Source: Candidatus Latescibacterota bacterium (GTDB taxonomy: Bacteria; Latescibacterota; UBA2968; GCA-2709665). Taken from it: a DNA stretch of 64,000 nt. Location of the stretch: the NCBI GenBank assembly GCA_965219455.1, contig OZ244744.1, positions 2,784,001-2,848,000 on the forward strand, in the 5' to 3' direction. Positions 20,262 through 32,000 of this stretch are shown here, piece after piece (position 1 is the stretch's first letter; every line of letters starts with the position of its first letter). The notes beneath the pieces are model-generated. The model saw only the letters and a program-made list of their open reading frames with translations, was not told the origin of the DNA and did no database searches. A program made the translations under genes and the position numbers.

Positions 20262-22118
20262 TCACCGTGTCGCCGGAAGCCCGAATCCAAGCATTCCCCT
20301 GGCTCTGTTCACTGCCGTCACCACCTGTTCAACCGTGTAAAAATCGCTTTTGAACACCTCCCGTCCGTCGGGCGCATAGATCACCAGCAACGGGATGGTC
20401 AACCGGCCGGTATTTCGCAGCTTTTCCTTGCCAACCGGGTTATTGCCTGTAATGTCCACCTTGATCGCAGCCACGTCGGGCCGTGCCAGCAATTTCACGA
20501 CTTCCGGACTCTGCAGCACGTTGTGTTCCAGAACCTTGCAGTTGAGACACCACTCCGCGGTAAAGTCCATCACCACAACCTGGCCCTCCTCCAGTGCCTC
20601 TTCCAACCGCGCGGGCGTGTAGTAGATCCAGTCGACCGGCCCTTTATCCGTAAACCGGACGGCGCCGACAGCGGAAAAAACGACAAGCGCCGCGCCGAGA
20701 CCGCCGAAAACCGCGCGGCGTCCCCAACGCGCGGTTATGCGCGCAGTTCCGTAAACCAGCCAGAATCCCGCAGCAGCGCCGAAAGCCATAACAACCCACC
20801 AGTAATCCTTGCCCGGCGGGTCAGGCGGTGTGACGACAAGCGCGCTCAGCCCGACGCCCACGAAATAGGCCGCCGCCGCCAGCATCAACAGTCCCATGAC
20901 CTGCTTGATCAACTCGCTGGCCGGGCCCGTACGGGGCACCCGGTTCGCGAGCGCCGGAAAGATCGACAACGCCATATATGGCGCGGCCATCCCGGCGCCA
21001 ATCGAGGCAAAGGTCAGCAGCGTCGTCGCCGGATACTGTGTGGCTGCCCACGCCGCGGCCGCTCCCATAAAGGGCGCCGTGCAAGGTGTGGAAAGCACCG
21101 CCGTCATGATGCCGAAACCGAAAGAACCCGTGAGGCTGTCCTGTCCGGGATTGATCCGGTAGACGGTCTGCGGCAGCCGGATATAAAACAGCCCGCACAT
21201 GCCTACCGCCATGACGGCGATAATCACCCCCACCAGGATCGTAAACAGCGGATATTGAAAAAGCTGATTGGTGGCCGTAAACCCGCTGATGCCCGCAATC
21301 ATCGTCCCCAGCGCCAGCCAGAAAGCCACCACGCCCAGCGACATCGCGGCCCCCAGTACAAGACGTCGCGCCTGGTTGTCCGACGCCTGCGCCAGCCCTA
21401 TAATCTTGATGGGAATCACTGGAAGCACGCAGGGCGTGAGATTCAACAACCCGCCGCCGCCGGCAGCCACGACCAGAAGCAGGATCAATCCCGCCGCGGA
21501 TGACGTATCGACGGAGAATGTCCAACCGAACAGATCGAAGCGCACACCGTTTCCCTCGGAAACGGCGCCTGCCGTGCCGTACCCTTCGAATAACGCCGAA
21601 TTCACCCGGTTTACAGGTTGATTGGCGTCTACGATCGCCAGCGACGTCTCCAGAACGGCCGTTCTGGGTATGAAACACGTGTACGCGTCGCAGGCCTGGT
21701 ACTCCACCTCCAGTTTCAGCCGCTGAGATCCGGGTTGTATCTCTTCGCCCACCTTAATGGGGAGGTAAAACACCGTTCGGCCCTCGAACACCATCAGATC
21801 GCCGTCAACGTAATCGGCCTGTATCGGATGCGGCTTCGGGAAACGAACGGCTTCCAGCGCCAGCCCACTCGCCGCCTCGAGGATGCGTACGTCTGTCGGA
21901 TACGGTTCAAAATCGCCGACGATCACCACCTGAGCCGGATCCGGATTGATATGAAATCCGTCGTCGATATCCACCACGATGCCCAGCGCCACGAGGTCAC
22001 CCGGCCGCGCCCCGTCCACGGACCAAGCCGTGCTCACTCTCACTTTCTCCTGCGCGTGAACCGGCGCCGTTGCGAAGAGAAAGGCGACCAGCAGGACAAT
22101 CACATTCGACGTTTGCAT
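20262..22118 (-). CDS. dsbD: Thiol:disulfide interchange protein DsbD-like
   Basis: N-domain CDAYTC, membrane TPCVLP and TPCTAP, thioredoxin WCLNC. Confidence 0.85.
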   Translation of the reverse strand: MQTSNVIVLLVAFLFATAPVHAQEKVRVSTAWSVDGARPGDLVALGIVVDIDDGFHINPDPAQVVIVGDFEPYPTDVRILEAASGLALEAVRFPKPHPIQADYVDGDLMVFEGRTVFYLPIKVGEEIQPGSQRLKLEVEYQACDAYTCFIPRTAVLETSLAIVDANQPVNRVNSALFEGYGTAGAVSEGNGVRFDLFGWTFSVDTSSAAGLILLLVVAAGGGGLLNLTPCVLPVIPIKIIGLAQASDNQARRLVLGAAMSLGVVAFWLALGTMIAGISGFTATNQLFQYPLFTILVGVIIAVMAVGMCGLFYIRLPQTVYRINPGQDSLTGSFGFGIMTAVLSTPCTAPFMGAAAAWAATQYPATTLLTFASIGAGMAAPYMALSIFPALANRVPRTGPASELIKQVMGLLMLAAAAYFVGVGLSALVVTPPDPPGKDYWWVVMAFGAAAGFWLVYGTARITARWGRRAVFGGLGAALVVFSAVGAVRFTDKGPVDWIYYTPARLEEALEEGQVVVMDFTAEWCLNCKVLEHNVLQSPEVVKLLARPDVAAIKVDITGNNPVGKEKLRNTGRLTIPLLVIYAPDGREVFKSDFYTVEQVVTAVNRARGMLGFGLPATR

Positions 22119-22274
22119 ATCCGAGCGCTCCTTATACGTACTGTCCCTTCAATGTGTCACGAATATGCCCGCGATTCATTCCGTTTTTCTCAGCGGGAAG
22201 CAGAATCTCCACCATCGGGCGGGCAAGAGGTCAAAACGCACGGCCGCACAGCTTCTCTTGCCGATGTGGAATTT

Positions 22275-22302
22275 GCAGGGGCGACCGGCCGGTCGCCCCT
22301 AC
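22275..22302. repeat. REP-like palindrome (GTAG-type variant)
   Basis: GCAGGGGCGACCGGCCGGTCGCCCCTAC; one mismatch to 62840-62867. Confidence 0.8.
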
Positions 22303-22473
22303 GAAACCAGGCATCCGCGAACTGATTTCGCCATGCCGTATCGTAGACCGGGTTTCGCTGACCGCCGAGAGCTGATAGCTGTTTTTCCTCGCTCCCTGCG
22401 GGTTAAAGAAACGAAAACATGTCTCAATGGCAACGCTTTTTTCTTTGCAAACAACCGGGGCCGTTCTTAATTT

Positions 22474-23103
22474 ATGCCGCGAAATCAACTTCCTGGCGAC
22501 CATGCCTTGCAGGTTTGCTTTTCAGCTCTGAACCACTATCGGAGAATCCGTTCTTTGCATTTCCTGCGTGCCTATATCAGCTTTGCGAATCGGTTGAATG
22601 AACGCATTGGCGTTGCCGTATCGTGGCTCACCACGACCCTCGTGGCTGTTGTCTGTTACGACGTCTTCACGCGCTACCTCCTTAAAAGCAGCCTGGTGGC
22701 CGTGCAAGAACTGGAATGGCATCTGTTTGCCCTCATTTTCCTGATTGGCGCGGCGTATACGTTGAAACATGGCAAGCATGTGCGTGTGGATGTCTTCTAC
22801 AATCGCTTCTCGGCAAATAAAAGGGCATGGGTGGACTTCGTCGGAAGCCTGCTCTTTCTCATACCCTTCTGCCTGGTCGCCATCTGGTGTTCCCACGCGT
22901 TTGTCATTAACGCCTACGTTATCGGGGAAGGTTCGCCCGACCCCGGCGGCCTGCCCGCGCGGTTTATCCTGAAGGCCGCCATTCCGGTGGGTTTTTTTCT
23001 GCTGACCTTACAGGGCCTGGCGCTGGCCTTCGGTTCGCTGGTCAAAATTGCGGGCAACCAGCCGATCGACCCTGAAACCGAACAACAGGGGGCGGACGCA
23101 TGA
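22474..23103 (+). CDS. TRAP transporter small permease (DctQ-like); true start possibly later
   Basis: [27 protein letters not shown]. Confidence 0.88.
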   Translation: MPRNQLPGDHALQVCFSALNHYRRIRSLHFLRAYISFANRLNERIGVAVSWLTTTLVAVVCYDVFTRYLLKSSLVAVQELEWHLFALIFLIGAAYTLKHGKHVRVDVFYNRFSANKRAWVDFVGSLLFLIPFCLVAIWCSHAFVINAYVIGEGSPDPGGLPARFILKAAIPVGFFLLTLQGLALAFGSLVKIAGNQPIDPETEQQGADA

Positions 23104-24419
23104 TGGAAGCCATGCCGCTCATCCTGTTCGGGGTCCTGTTTGTACTGCTCCTGTTCGGTTTCCCCGTTGCATTCACACTGGGCGGCGTCTCCCTCATCCT
23201 GGGTTACCTCACGTTCGGCATCGATTTCTTCAATCTGTTGCCCCTGCGCATCTGGGGCGTGATGACCAACTACGTGCTCATCGCGGTCCCTCTGTTCGTC
23301 TATATGGGCGTCATGCTCGAGAAATCCGGGCTTGCCGAGGAACTGCTGGAAACGATGGCCCTGCTCTTCGGCAAGTTGCGTGGCGGCCTCGCCATTTCCG
23401 TGGTCGTTGTCGGCGCCCTTCTGGGCGCTTCGACAGGCATTGTCGGGGCAACCGTTGTCACCATGGGTCTCCTGAGTCTGCCGACCATGCTCAGGCGCGG
23501 CTATCGCACCGAACTCGCGACCGGTATCATCTCCGCGTCCGGCACTCTGGGTCAGATTATTCCACCCAGCATTGTCCTGGTGCTGCTGGGTAGCATCCTG
23601 AATATTTCCATTGGCGACATGTTCATTGCGGCCGTCATCCCCGGCCTGTGCCTCGTGGGTCTCTACCTGACGTGGATCGTGATTGTCGCCGTCACGAAGC
23701 CGGACTCCGCGCCTGCGATGCCCAGAGAAGAACTGGACCGGTTTGTAGGCGCCGTCAGAGTCAGACAGACCATACACGCCTTCCTCCTGCCCGGGCTGCT
23801 GGTAACGGCCGTCCTGGGTTCCATCTTTGCCGGTATCGCCTCCCCCACCGAAGCTGCCGCGGTGGGCGCCCTGGGCGCAACCATCCTCACGCTGTGTAAG
23901 CGCAAACTATCGCTCGAAATCCTCAAGTCCGTTATGGCCGAAACCACCCATCTCACCTGCATGGTCTTCATCATACTGGTCGGCGCCACTGCCTTCGGCC
24001 TTGTTTTCAGGGGAATGCACGGCGACGTGTACCTCACGCAACTGATCGTGGACGCCGACCCGGGGCCCCACCTTTTCCTCGCACTGGTTATGGTTATCAT
24101 TTTTGTCGCCGGGTTTTTCATAGATTTCATCGAGATTACGTTTATCATCGTTCCGGTTGTCGCGCCCGTATTCGCACACCTGGGCGTCGACCTTCTTTGG
24201 GTGGGTGTCCTCATCGCCATGAATCTGCAGACCTCTTTTCTGACCCCGCCGTTCGGATTCTCCCTGTTCTACCTGAAAGGCGTCGCGCCGCCCGAAGTGC
24301 GGACCGGCCACATCTATCGTGGCATCATACCCTTTATCATCGTCCAGCTTATCGGCCTTACCCTGGTCATCGTCTTTCCTGAAGTGGCCACGTGGCTGCC
24401 CCACTACCTTGCATCCTGA
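23100..24419 (+). CDS. TRAP transporter large permease (DctM-like)
   Basis: [33 protein letters not shown]. Confidence 0.92.
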   Translation: MMEAMPLILFGVLFVLLLFGFPVAFTLGGVSLILGYLTFGIDFFNLLPLRIWGVMTNYVLIAVPLFVYMGVMLEKSGLAEELLETMALLFGKLRGGLAISVVVVGALLGASTGIVGATVVTMGLLSLPTMLRRGYRTELATGIISASGTLGQIIPPSIVLVLLGSILNISIGDMFIAAVIPGLCLVGLYLTWIVIVAVTKPDSAPAMPREELDRFVGAVRVRQTIHAFLLPGLLVTAVLGSIFAGIASPTEAAAVGALGATILTLCKRKLSLEILKSVMAETTHLTCMVFIILVGATAFGLVFRGMHGDVYLTQLIVDADPGPHLFLALVMVIIFVAGFFIDFIEITFIIVPVVAPVFAHLGVDLLWVGVLIAMNLQTSFLTPPFGFSLFYLKGVAPPEVRTGHIYRGIIPFIIVQLIGLTLVIVFPEVATWLPHYLAS

Positions 24420-24431
24420 TCGATACGAAAC

Positions 24432-24460
24432 AAAAAGGGACGCGTCACTCCTGCGTCCCT
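24432..24460 (-). terminator. Probable intrinsic terminator between the convergent TRAP genes
   Basis: AAAA-AGGGACGC...GCGTCCCT hairpin. Confidence 0.5.
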
Positions 24461-24489
24461 GCGTACCAAGACCGCCGTGTTCAGAACTG

Positions 24490-25611
24490 CTACCCGCCAA
24501 TAGCGGAATAGTAGAGCTTCTCCGAGAGCGCGGCCCACGGGTTGATACTCTTCCGGAACGCGTCGAAAGAAGCGTACACCTTTTTGCTCATCGGATCGCC
24601 TTCAGCTACCTCGTTTTCGACCTCCACGGAGAACCGGCGCAGCGTCTCGAGAACCTCGTCCGAAAACCTTCGCAACTCAACGTTGTGTTCATTGGTGAGC
24701 TTCTGGAGATAAACACTGTTTTTGGCCTCGAATTCTGAAAGCATCCATGCGTTTGATCGGGCTGCGGCCGCCTCCACAATCCGTTGAAGATCGGTTGGCA
24801 GTTGCTCGAACGCGAGTTTGTTAACGATCAACTCAAGCGCGGTACCCGGCTCGTGCCATCCCGGATAGTAGTAATATTTCGCTGCCCTGAAGAATCCCAT
24901 CAGGAAGTCATGGTAGGGTCCGATCCATTCAGTCGCATCGATGACACCTCGTTCCAGGTTGGTGTAAATCTCGCCTCCGGCGGAAAGCACGGCGGATCCT
25001 CCGGCCTTTGCAATTACCTTGCCGCCGAGGCCCGGGATGCGCATCTTCAGGCCGTGAAAATCGGCGATGCTGTTCATTTCCCGATTGTACCAGCCGCCCA
25101 TTTGAACGCCGGTATTGCCCACCGGCATCGCGATAAGGTTGAACGGGGCATATAGCTCCTGCCAGAGTTCCAATCCCCCGCCGCTGTATATCCAGGCATT
25201 GAGCTGTTGTCCGTTCATTCCAAACGGAACCGCCGCAAAAAACTGCGTAGCAGGCGCTTTGCCGGCCCAATAGTATGCGGCGCCGTGGCACATCTCGACG
25301 GTTCCCTGGGTGACGGCGTCGAAACCTTCGAGCGGCGGAATCAACTCGCCACCGCCGTAAACCGTAATTTTCAGTTGCCCGCCGGACATCTCATCGATCC
25401 ATTTGGCCAGCAAGTCCGCGCCTTCGCCAAGAATGGGAAAATGCGGGGGCCAGGTCGTTACCATCTTCCATTCGAACTTCATTCCAGTATGCACGGCGGG
25501 CGCGTCGGATTTTTCGTTTGAAGCGGGGCTGCAACCCGCCAGAGCCGCAACGCCGCCGGCAACCCCGACGGAGGCCCTTCTGAGAAAATCGCGTCGTTCG
25601 AATTTCTCCAT
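24490..25611 (-). CDS. TRAP transporter solute-binding protein (TakP-like), Tat signal
   Basis: RRDFL Tat motif, WKMVTTWP, QMGGW, KMRIPGLGG, YPGWHEPG. Confidence 0.9.
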   Translation of the reverse strand: MEKFERRDFLRRASVGVAGGVAALAGCSPASNEKSDAPAVHTGMKFEWKMVTTWPPHFPILGEGADLLAKWIDEMSGGQLKITVYGGGELIPPLEGFDAVTQGTVEMCHGAAYYWAGKAPATQFFAAVPFGMNGQQLNAWIYSGGGLELWQELYAPFNLIAMPVGNTGVQMGGWYNREMNSIADFHGLKMRIPGLGGKVIAKAGGSAVLSAGGEIYTNLERGVIDATEWIGPYHDFLMGFFRAAKYYYYPGWHEPGTALELIVNKLAFEQLPTDLQRIVEAAAARSNAWMLSEFEAKNSVYLQKLTNEHNVELRRFSDEVLETLRRFSVEVENEVAEGDPMSKKVYASFDAFRKSINPWAALSEKLYYSAIGG

Positions 25612-25750
25612 TTAACTCCTCCGCGGAAATACCCTGTAACAAGAAGTCGTCAATCAACGAAACAAGGTAGGTCGCGTAAGCGCCGATGGCAAGAAAATTG
25701 AGAACCCCCGATATCCTCCTTTTCCGGGAGTCGGGGGTCGGGAGAAAGCA

Positions 25751-28486
25751 ATGAGCGAAACAGGCAAAAAGCTCTACCTGCTGGACGGAATGGCGCTGGT
25801 TTACCGGGCCCATTTTTCCATGATCCGCAACCCCCGCATGTCCTCCACCGGCCTGAATACCTCCACCGTATTCGTGCTCACAAACACCCTGCTGGATATT
25901 CTGAGCAACGCGGACCCCACCCATATCGGCGTTGTTTTCGACACGCCGGAGCCGACTTACCGGCACAAGATGTATCCCGCATACAAGGCTCAGCGCGAGG
26001 CCATGCCTGAGGACCTCAGCATGGCGCTTCCCTATGTTTTCCGCCTGTGCGAAGCGTTCAACCTGCCCGTTGTCAGAGTCCCCGGATGGGAAGCGGACGA
26101 TGTGATCGGAACGCTCGCCAAACAGGCGGAAGAATCCGGCTTTGTCACCTACATGGTTACGCCCGACAAGGACTACGGTCAGCTGGTCTCCGACAGCACC
26201 TTTGTCTGTAAACCGGGGCGCACCGGTGACGAGGAAGTTCAAGGCGTCAAAGAAATCCTGGAAAAGTGGCAGATCGAACGCGTGGATCAGGTAATAGACA
26301 TCCTGGGCCTGATGGGCGACAGTTCGGACAACGTGCCCGGTGTGCCGGGTGTGGGTGAGAAAACCGCTCAGAAACTGATCGGAAAGTATGGAAGCATTGA
26401 AAACCTGCTCGACCACGTGGACGAACTCAAAGGAAAACAGAAGGAACGTGTCGAAGAAAACCGTGAACAGGCGCTGCTTTCCAAGGAACTGGTTACGATA
26501 GACCGCGAAGTACCGCTGGAGGTCAAACCTGACAACCTGGCACGCACGGACTGGAACGAAGAAAAACTGAAAGCTCTGTTTATCGAACTCGAATTCAATA
26601 CGCTTGGTCAGCGCCTGTTTGGTGAAGCGTTCATAGCGGGCCCCACGGCTGCCGCCGACGAGGGTGGAGGCGAAGTCCGAGCCATCGAAGAAGTGGAACA
26701 CGACTACAGGCTGGTGGACACTGTGGAATCTCGCCGGGAACTCATCGCCGCGTTAAGCGAAAAAGAGGCCATCTGTTTCGACATCGAAACCACCGGTCTG
26801 AATCCCAAAACCTGTGAATTGATCGGCCTGGCCTTCTCGTATAAGGCTCACACCGGATTCTACGTACCCCTGCCCCCGATTCAGGAGGAAGCGTTCGAGA
26901 TCCTGGAAGCGTTTCGACCCATCCTGGAGAATCCGGGAATTGAAAAAATCGGCCACCATCTCAAGTTTGATCTCAGCGTGTTGCGCTGGAAGGGCTTTCG
27001 CGTTGCGGGCCCCCTTTTCGACACCATGCTTGCGGCCTATCTGGCGACGCCGGATCTACGCCGCACCATGGACTATCTTTCGGAAGCGCTGCTCGGATAC
27101 CGTCCCATTCCGATTTCCGATCTCATCGGTGAAAAGGGCGAGGACCAGTTGAGCCTGACGGACGTCCCCCTGGATCAGGTAACGACCTATGCGGCGGAGG
27201 ATGCCGATATTACGTTTCAACTCAGCGAAGTCCTCCGGTCCCGGCTTGAAGAAATGGGCCAGGTGCGCGTGTTCAGGGAGGTGGAATGCCCGCTTATTCC
27301 GGCCCTTGTCGAAATGGAATACGAAGGCATCCGTTGTGAGGCCGGCGTGCTCAGTGATTTATCCGAAGGGCTCTCTGGCGAAATCGATCGGGCCAGGGAG
27401 CAGATCTTCCAACTCGCGGGAGAACACTTCGATCTCAACTCCCCCAGACAACTGGGCGACATTCTCTTCGACAAACTCAAACTCGATCCGAATGCCCGCC
27501 GCACTGCAAGGACCAAACAGTACCAGACCACGGAGCAGGTCCTGCGACGGCTGGCGTATAAACATGAAATTGTGGAACAGGTGATGTTCTACCGGATGTG
27601 TACGAAATTGAAATCGACCTACGTCGACCAGTTGCCGGGATCGATCTTCAAACCCACCGGCCGCATCCATACCAACTACGAAGCGGCGGTTGCCGCCACC
27701 GGCCGCCTGCAGTCCCATGGCCCCAACATGCAGAACATCCCGATCCGCACCGAGATGGGCCGGGAGATTCGCAAAGCCTTCGTGCCCAGAGACGAAGACC
27801 ACGTGTTGCTTGCCGCCGACTACTCCCAGATTGAACTTCGCGTCGCCGCCGAACTCAGCGGTGACGAAGCCCTGATGGAAGTTTTCAGGCAAGGCGGAGA
27901 TATCCATACCGCGACCGCTGAAAGAATCTACGGCATCGAAGGGGCGACCGAAGATATGCGGCGGCACGCGAAGACCGTCAATTTCGGTATCATCTACGGC
28001 ATTTCCGCGTTCGGCCTTGCCGATCGCCTGGACATTTCACGCAAGCACGCCGCGGACCTCATCGCCCATTACTTCGATCAGTTTCCGGGCATCAGATCCT
28101 ACATGGACGAAACCATCGAGTTCGCACGCGAAAATGGTTACGTGGAAACGGTCACCGGACGCCGCCGCTATCTGCGGGACATCAACTCCCGCAACGCCAC
28201 CACGCGAAAGGGAGAAGAGCGAAACGCCATCAACTCGCGCATCCAGGGCACGGCCGCGGACATGATCAAACTCGCAATGAGCCATATCCATCGCGAGATT
28301 CTGGAACGAGGTCTCATATCCCGGATGCTGCTGCAGGTCCACGACGAACTGGTTTTCGATATGCATAGAGACGAAGCGGACGTCCTCCCGCCCATTGTTG
28401 AACACGGGATGAAGACCGCCATTCCGATGCAGGTTCCCATCGTCGTTGAGATGGGCACGGGGGCCAACTGGCTCGACGCACACTGA
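25751..28486 (+). CDS. polA: DNA polymerase I
   Basis: 5'-3' exonuclease (LLDG, EADDVIGT), 3'-5' exonuclease (FDIET), polymerase motifs DYSQIELR, KTVNFGIIYG, QVHDEL. Confidence 0.98.
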   Translation: MSETGKKLYLLDGMALVYRAHFSMIRNPRMSSTGLNTSTVFVLTNTLLDILSNADPTHIGVVFDTPEPTYRHKMYPAYKAQREAMPEDLSMALPYVFRLCEAFNLPVVRVPGWEADDVIGTLAKQAEESGFVTYMVTPDKDYGQLVSDSTFVCKPGRTGDEEVQGVKEILEKWQIERVDQVIDILGLMGDSSDNVPGVPGVGEKTAQKLIGKYGSIENLLDHVDELKGKQKERVEENREQALLSKELVTIDREVPLEVKPDNLARTDWNEEKLKALFIELEFNTLGQRLFGEAFIAGPTAAADEGGGEVRAIEEVEHDYRLVDTVESRRELIAALSEKEAICFDIETTGLNPKTCELIGLAFSYKAHTGFYVPLPPIQEEAFEILEAFRPILENPGIEKIGHHLKFDLSVLRWKGFRVAGPLFDTMLAAYLATPDLRRTMDYLSEALLGYRPIPISDLIGEKGEDQLSLTDVPLDQVTTYAAEDADITFQLSEVLRSRLEEMGQVRVFREVECPLIPALVEMEYEGIRCEAGVLSDLSEGLSGEIDRAREQIFQLAGEHFDLNSPRQLGDILFDKLKLDPNARRTARTKQYQTTEQVLRRLAYKHEIVEQVMFYRMCTKLKSTYVDQLPGSIFKPTGRIHTNYEAAVAATGRLQSHGPNMQNIPIRTEMGREIRKAFVPRDEDHVLLAADYSQIELRVAAELSGDEALMEVFRQGGDIHTATAERIYGIEGATEDMRRHAKTVNFGIIYGISAFGLADRLDISRKHAADLIAHYFDQFPGIRSYMDETIEFARENGYVETVTGRRRYLRDINSRNATTRKGEERNAINSRIQGTAADMIKLAMSHIHREILERGLISRMLLQVHDELVFDMHRDEADVLPPIVEHGMKTAIPMQVPIVVEMGTGANWLDAH

Positions 28487-28496
28487 AGGAAGGGAC

Positions 28497-29024
28497 ATGA
28501 ACCCTCCTTTGCCCAACAGCTACTGGGTCCGTCCGGGCCGCTTCGCAGCGGGTGAGTACCCCGGCGACCTGGACCCATGCCAGGCCGCAGCAAAGCTGAA
28601 GGTGCTGCTGCGCGCCGGAATCAACCATTTCATCGACCTTACGGGCGCCGGCGAGCTGCGCCCGTATCGCTGCATTGCGGAACGGGAAGCGCGCCCGCCT
28701 GGCGTGCGTGTGGGTTATGAACAGTTCCCGATTGCCGATGCGGGGGTTCCCCGAAACCCCGAGTGGATGGCCCTGATACTTGACGCCATAGACGCCGCTC
28801 TGGATGACGGCAGGACGGTCTACGTTCACTGCTGGGGCGGCGTTGGCCGGACCGGTACCGTGGTCGGCTGCTGGCTGGTCCGCCACGGCGAGAGCGGAGC
28901 ATCCGCCCTGGAGCAGATCGCCAAGTGGTGGCGGGGCGTGGAAAAGGTCTGTCGCATCCCCGCATCGCCGGAGACCCCCGGCCAGGTGGAGTATGTATTC
29001 AACTGGGTGGAACCCTCCGCGTAA
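28497..29024 (+). CDS. Dual-specificity/tyrosine phosphatase family protein
   Basis: VHCWGGVGRTG (HCx5R), AGEYPG, PET..Q. Confidence 0.88.
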   Translation: MNPPLPNSYWVRPGRFAAGEYPGDLDPCQAAAKLKVLLRAGINHFIDLTGAGELRPYRCIAEREARPPGVRVGYEQFPIADAGVPRNPEWMALILDAIDAALDDGRTVYVHCWGGVGRTGTVVGCWLVRHGESGASALEQIAKWWRGVEKVCRIPASPETPGQVEYVFNWVEPSA

Positions 29025-29063
29025 ACTGACGTGAATCAGACAAAGGGAAACAAGGAAAACGCC

Positions 29064-32000
29064 ATGCAAAACGAAAAAGCGACCGAAGTCATCGAAACGG
29101 CGATCAAGAAAACAGCAGAGATGAATCCACAGGAGACCGACGGCGCATGGCTTGAAGTCGTCACTGTGGAGTCCGGTCCATTCATCAAAGAATGGGACAT
29201 CGCGAAATGCTGGCATTGGGACGAATGGCCTTATAGAGAGACACACTTCCCGAACACCACCAAGTTAGACGTAGGGATAGATGCGGTAGCCGTACGTCGT
29301 AGTGACGGGGAACATATCGCAGTTCAGTGCAAGTCGCGCCAGCTTGATGACGAGGGGCGTGGTTCCCCGATCCACAACACCGAGGTCGCCAAGTTCGCGG
29401 CTGCGTCTGCTTCAGAATTCTGGGCTGAACGCTGGGTTGTCACCAACGGAGACAATCCACTTGCCAGTGGAGCAGCGCAGTCAGCATCAATGCATGGGAA
29501 GCCCCTCAAACTGGTCAACATCACGAACGACTTGCACCAGCAGTGGCAGTCAATTGCCGCATCCGAGGAGTGCGAGCACTGCACGAATCCTGATAATGAG
29601 GATGCGATTCAGACGAAATCCTGCATGCAAAACGAAGCCGTCGCCAACAGCGTCCGCATACTCAAAGAGCAGGAACGCTCTGAGAGCGCCGGACTGCCGC
29701 TCGGCGAGGCCCGCGGAAGAATCATCCTGCCCTGCGGAACGGGGAAGACTCGCATATCGCTCCGGGTCATGGAAGAACTGACGCCTCCGGGCGAACTGTC
29801 CATCGTGCTGTGTCCTTCCATAGCGCTCGTAGCCCAGATAAGGCGCGAGTATCTGCAAAACACCGCGGTTCCGATAGATGTGCTGGCGGTCTGCTCGGAC
29901 GTTACGGCGGGCTACGATCCCAAGAAAGAGGGCAAGCGCAACGCCACATTCGACCCTACGGTCGATAACAGCAATGTCAGCGCGTCCGAGGTGAAGGGAA
30001 GGGTTACCACCGACGCCGGAGAAATAGCCGATTGGATGCGGCAGAGTGACATCGACAACGGAATCAAGGTTCTCATCGGGACATACCAGAGCAGCGGCAG
30101 GGTATCGGAAGCCCTGCTGAGCGCCGGTGTCAGAGCGCGCGTGATGATTGCTGACGAAGCGCACAGAACGGCGGGACTGAAGCGCAAGAACTCCAAATCC
30201 GCTGCCGCCAATGAAGAAGAAAAGCGTCTTCGTGACTTTACTATCTGCCACGACAGCGACAGGTTTCCCGCAGCCTATCGCGTCTATCAGACAGCTACAC
30301 CGCGCATCTATGACGGCAAGCGCGCCACCGGCAATCCGAACTGGATCGTCCGCTCGATGGACGACGAGACCACATTCGGCGTTGAGCTGTACCGCAAGAG
30401 CTACCTGGAAGCCGTCCGCAACCGTTGGCTGTCCGACTACCGCATTATCGCTATGGGCATCAACGACCCGGAGGCGTTCGAGACGGCGAATATTCTGGCT
30501 AAGAACACCATGAGCAAAGGGCGCGGCAAGCTGACGACCACGGACTACCTGCGCGGCCTGGCGTACGCTCTCACCATGGGCGGAGCGACCCAGGGCGACG
30601 ACGTGGACATCAGGTCGTGCATCGCCTTCATGAATACGGTCGACAAGTCCAGGAACATGGCGGCGGACCTCCAGACCGATAGTGTGAAGGAATGGGTCTC
30701 CCGGTGGCTCGACGAGAACGCGGATGGCAGGGCTGCGTCTGACTACAACCTCGAACACCTGGACGCTTCGAGCAACGCCGCGGCGCGTGAAACCGCGAAA
30801 GGACGGCTTGCCTCCGCCGACGCTGAGAACCCGCACGGCATCATCAATGTGGGCATCTTCGGAGAGGGCACCGATTCGCCGTCTTTGAGCGCGGTGGCGT
30901 TTCTGGAAGCCCGAAAAAGTCCCATTGATGTCGTGCAAGCCGTCGGGCGCGCGATGCGAACCGCGCCCGACAAGGATATGGGCTACATCGTCTGCCCCAT
31001 CCTGATTCCGCCGACCGCCGACCCCGAAAAATGGCTGAGCAACAGCGACTGCGAGGAAGGCTGGAAGGAGCTGGGACAGATACTACTCGCTCTGCGCGCC
31101 CACGATCAGCGCATCGAGGAGAACCTTGAGGAACTCCTGCACCTGTATATCCCCAAACCGCCGCCGGTGGAGCGCACTTTAGTGGCGGTTGCCACCGGCG
31201 AAGGCAATCGCATACAGTACGGCGAAGTCGAAGGTTCTCCCGGCGCCGCGCAGGAAGCGGTCGAACAGGCATTGAAAGGTAAGACCCGCGCCGAGTCCGG
31301 AATACGACGCATAAGCGAAACGCCTGCCGATTTCCAGGCACAAGACAGCGCCAAATCTGCATCAGGAATACCACGTATAAGCGAAACGCCCGTCAATTAC
31401 TGTACAGTGGAGATAACTCAGGTCTTGACGGGAAAGAAGAACGACGACGGAAGCATCGAACTTCGCGCGGATTCCGTTAACCGAGACAAGCCTGACGCTG
31501 GCGAGGCGCGCGGCGTTGTGAACATACAGAAAACCAAAGCCAAAGCTCGGAAGATGATAAATACCGGCGAGGGCGGCATTCGCGTTCAGCCGGGCAGTCA
31601 TCGGAAGCCCCGCAAGACCGCCAAAGAGCGAGCAGAGGAAAAAGGGCAGGTGATGCTCAAGCTGAGCGGGCTGGAAGCGCACGGCAGCGCCATCAAGATG
31701 AACCTCCTTGCGAAGTCCGGGCTGAGCGACAATCGCGTGATGCGCGACCTGAACATACTGGAAGCGAGCGTCACCGAAGCCGCGCATCATATGCGCGCCG
31801 ACGGACTGTTGACTGCGCTGAACCGGCACTTCGGACTGGACAGGCTCAAGAAGACGGACAAAAAACAGGCGGACGGGTGCACGGTAGCCGCTCTTCTGAT
31901 GATGAACGCCGCCATGTTGCACCAGCGTATCGCCAATGGCGGCTGGCTCTCGGGCATCAGCGACCTCTCGCTCGTTAAGAACGAGGTCAACGTCGTTCGG

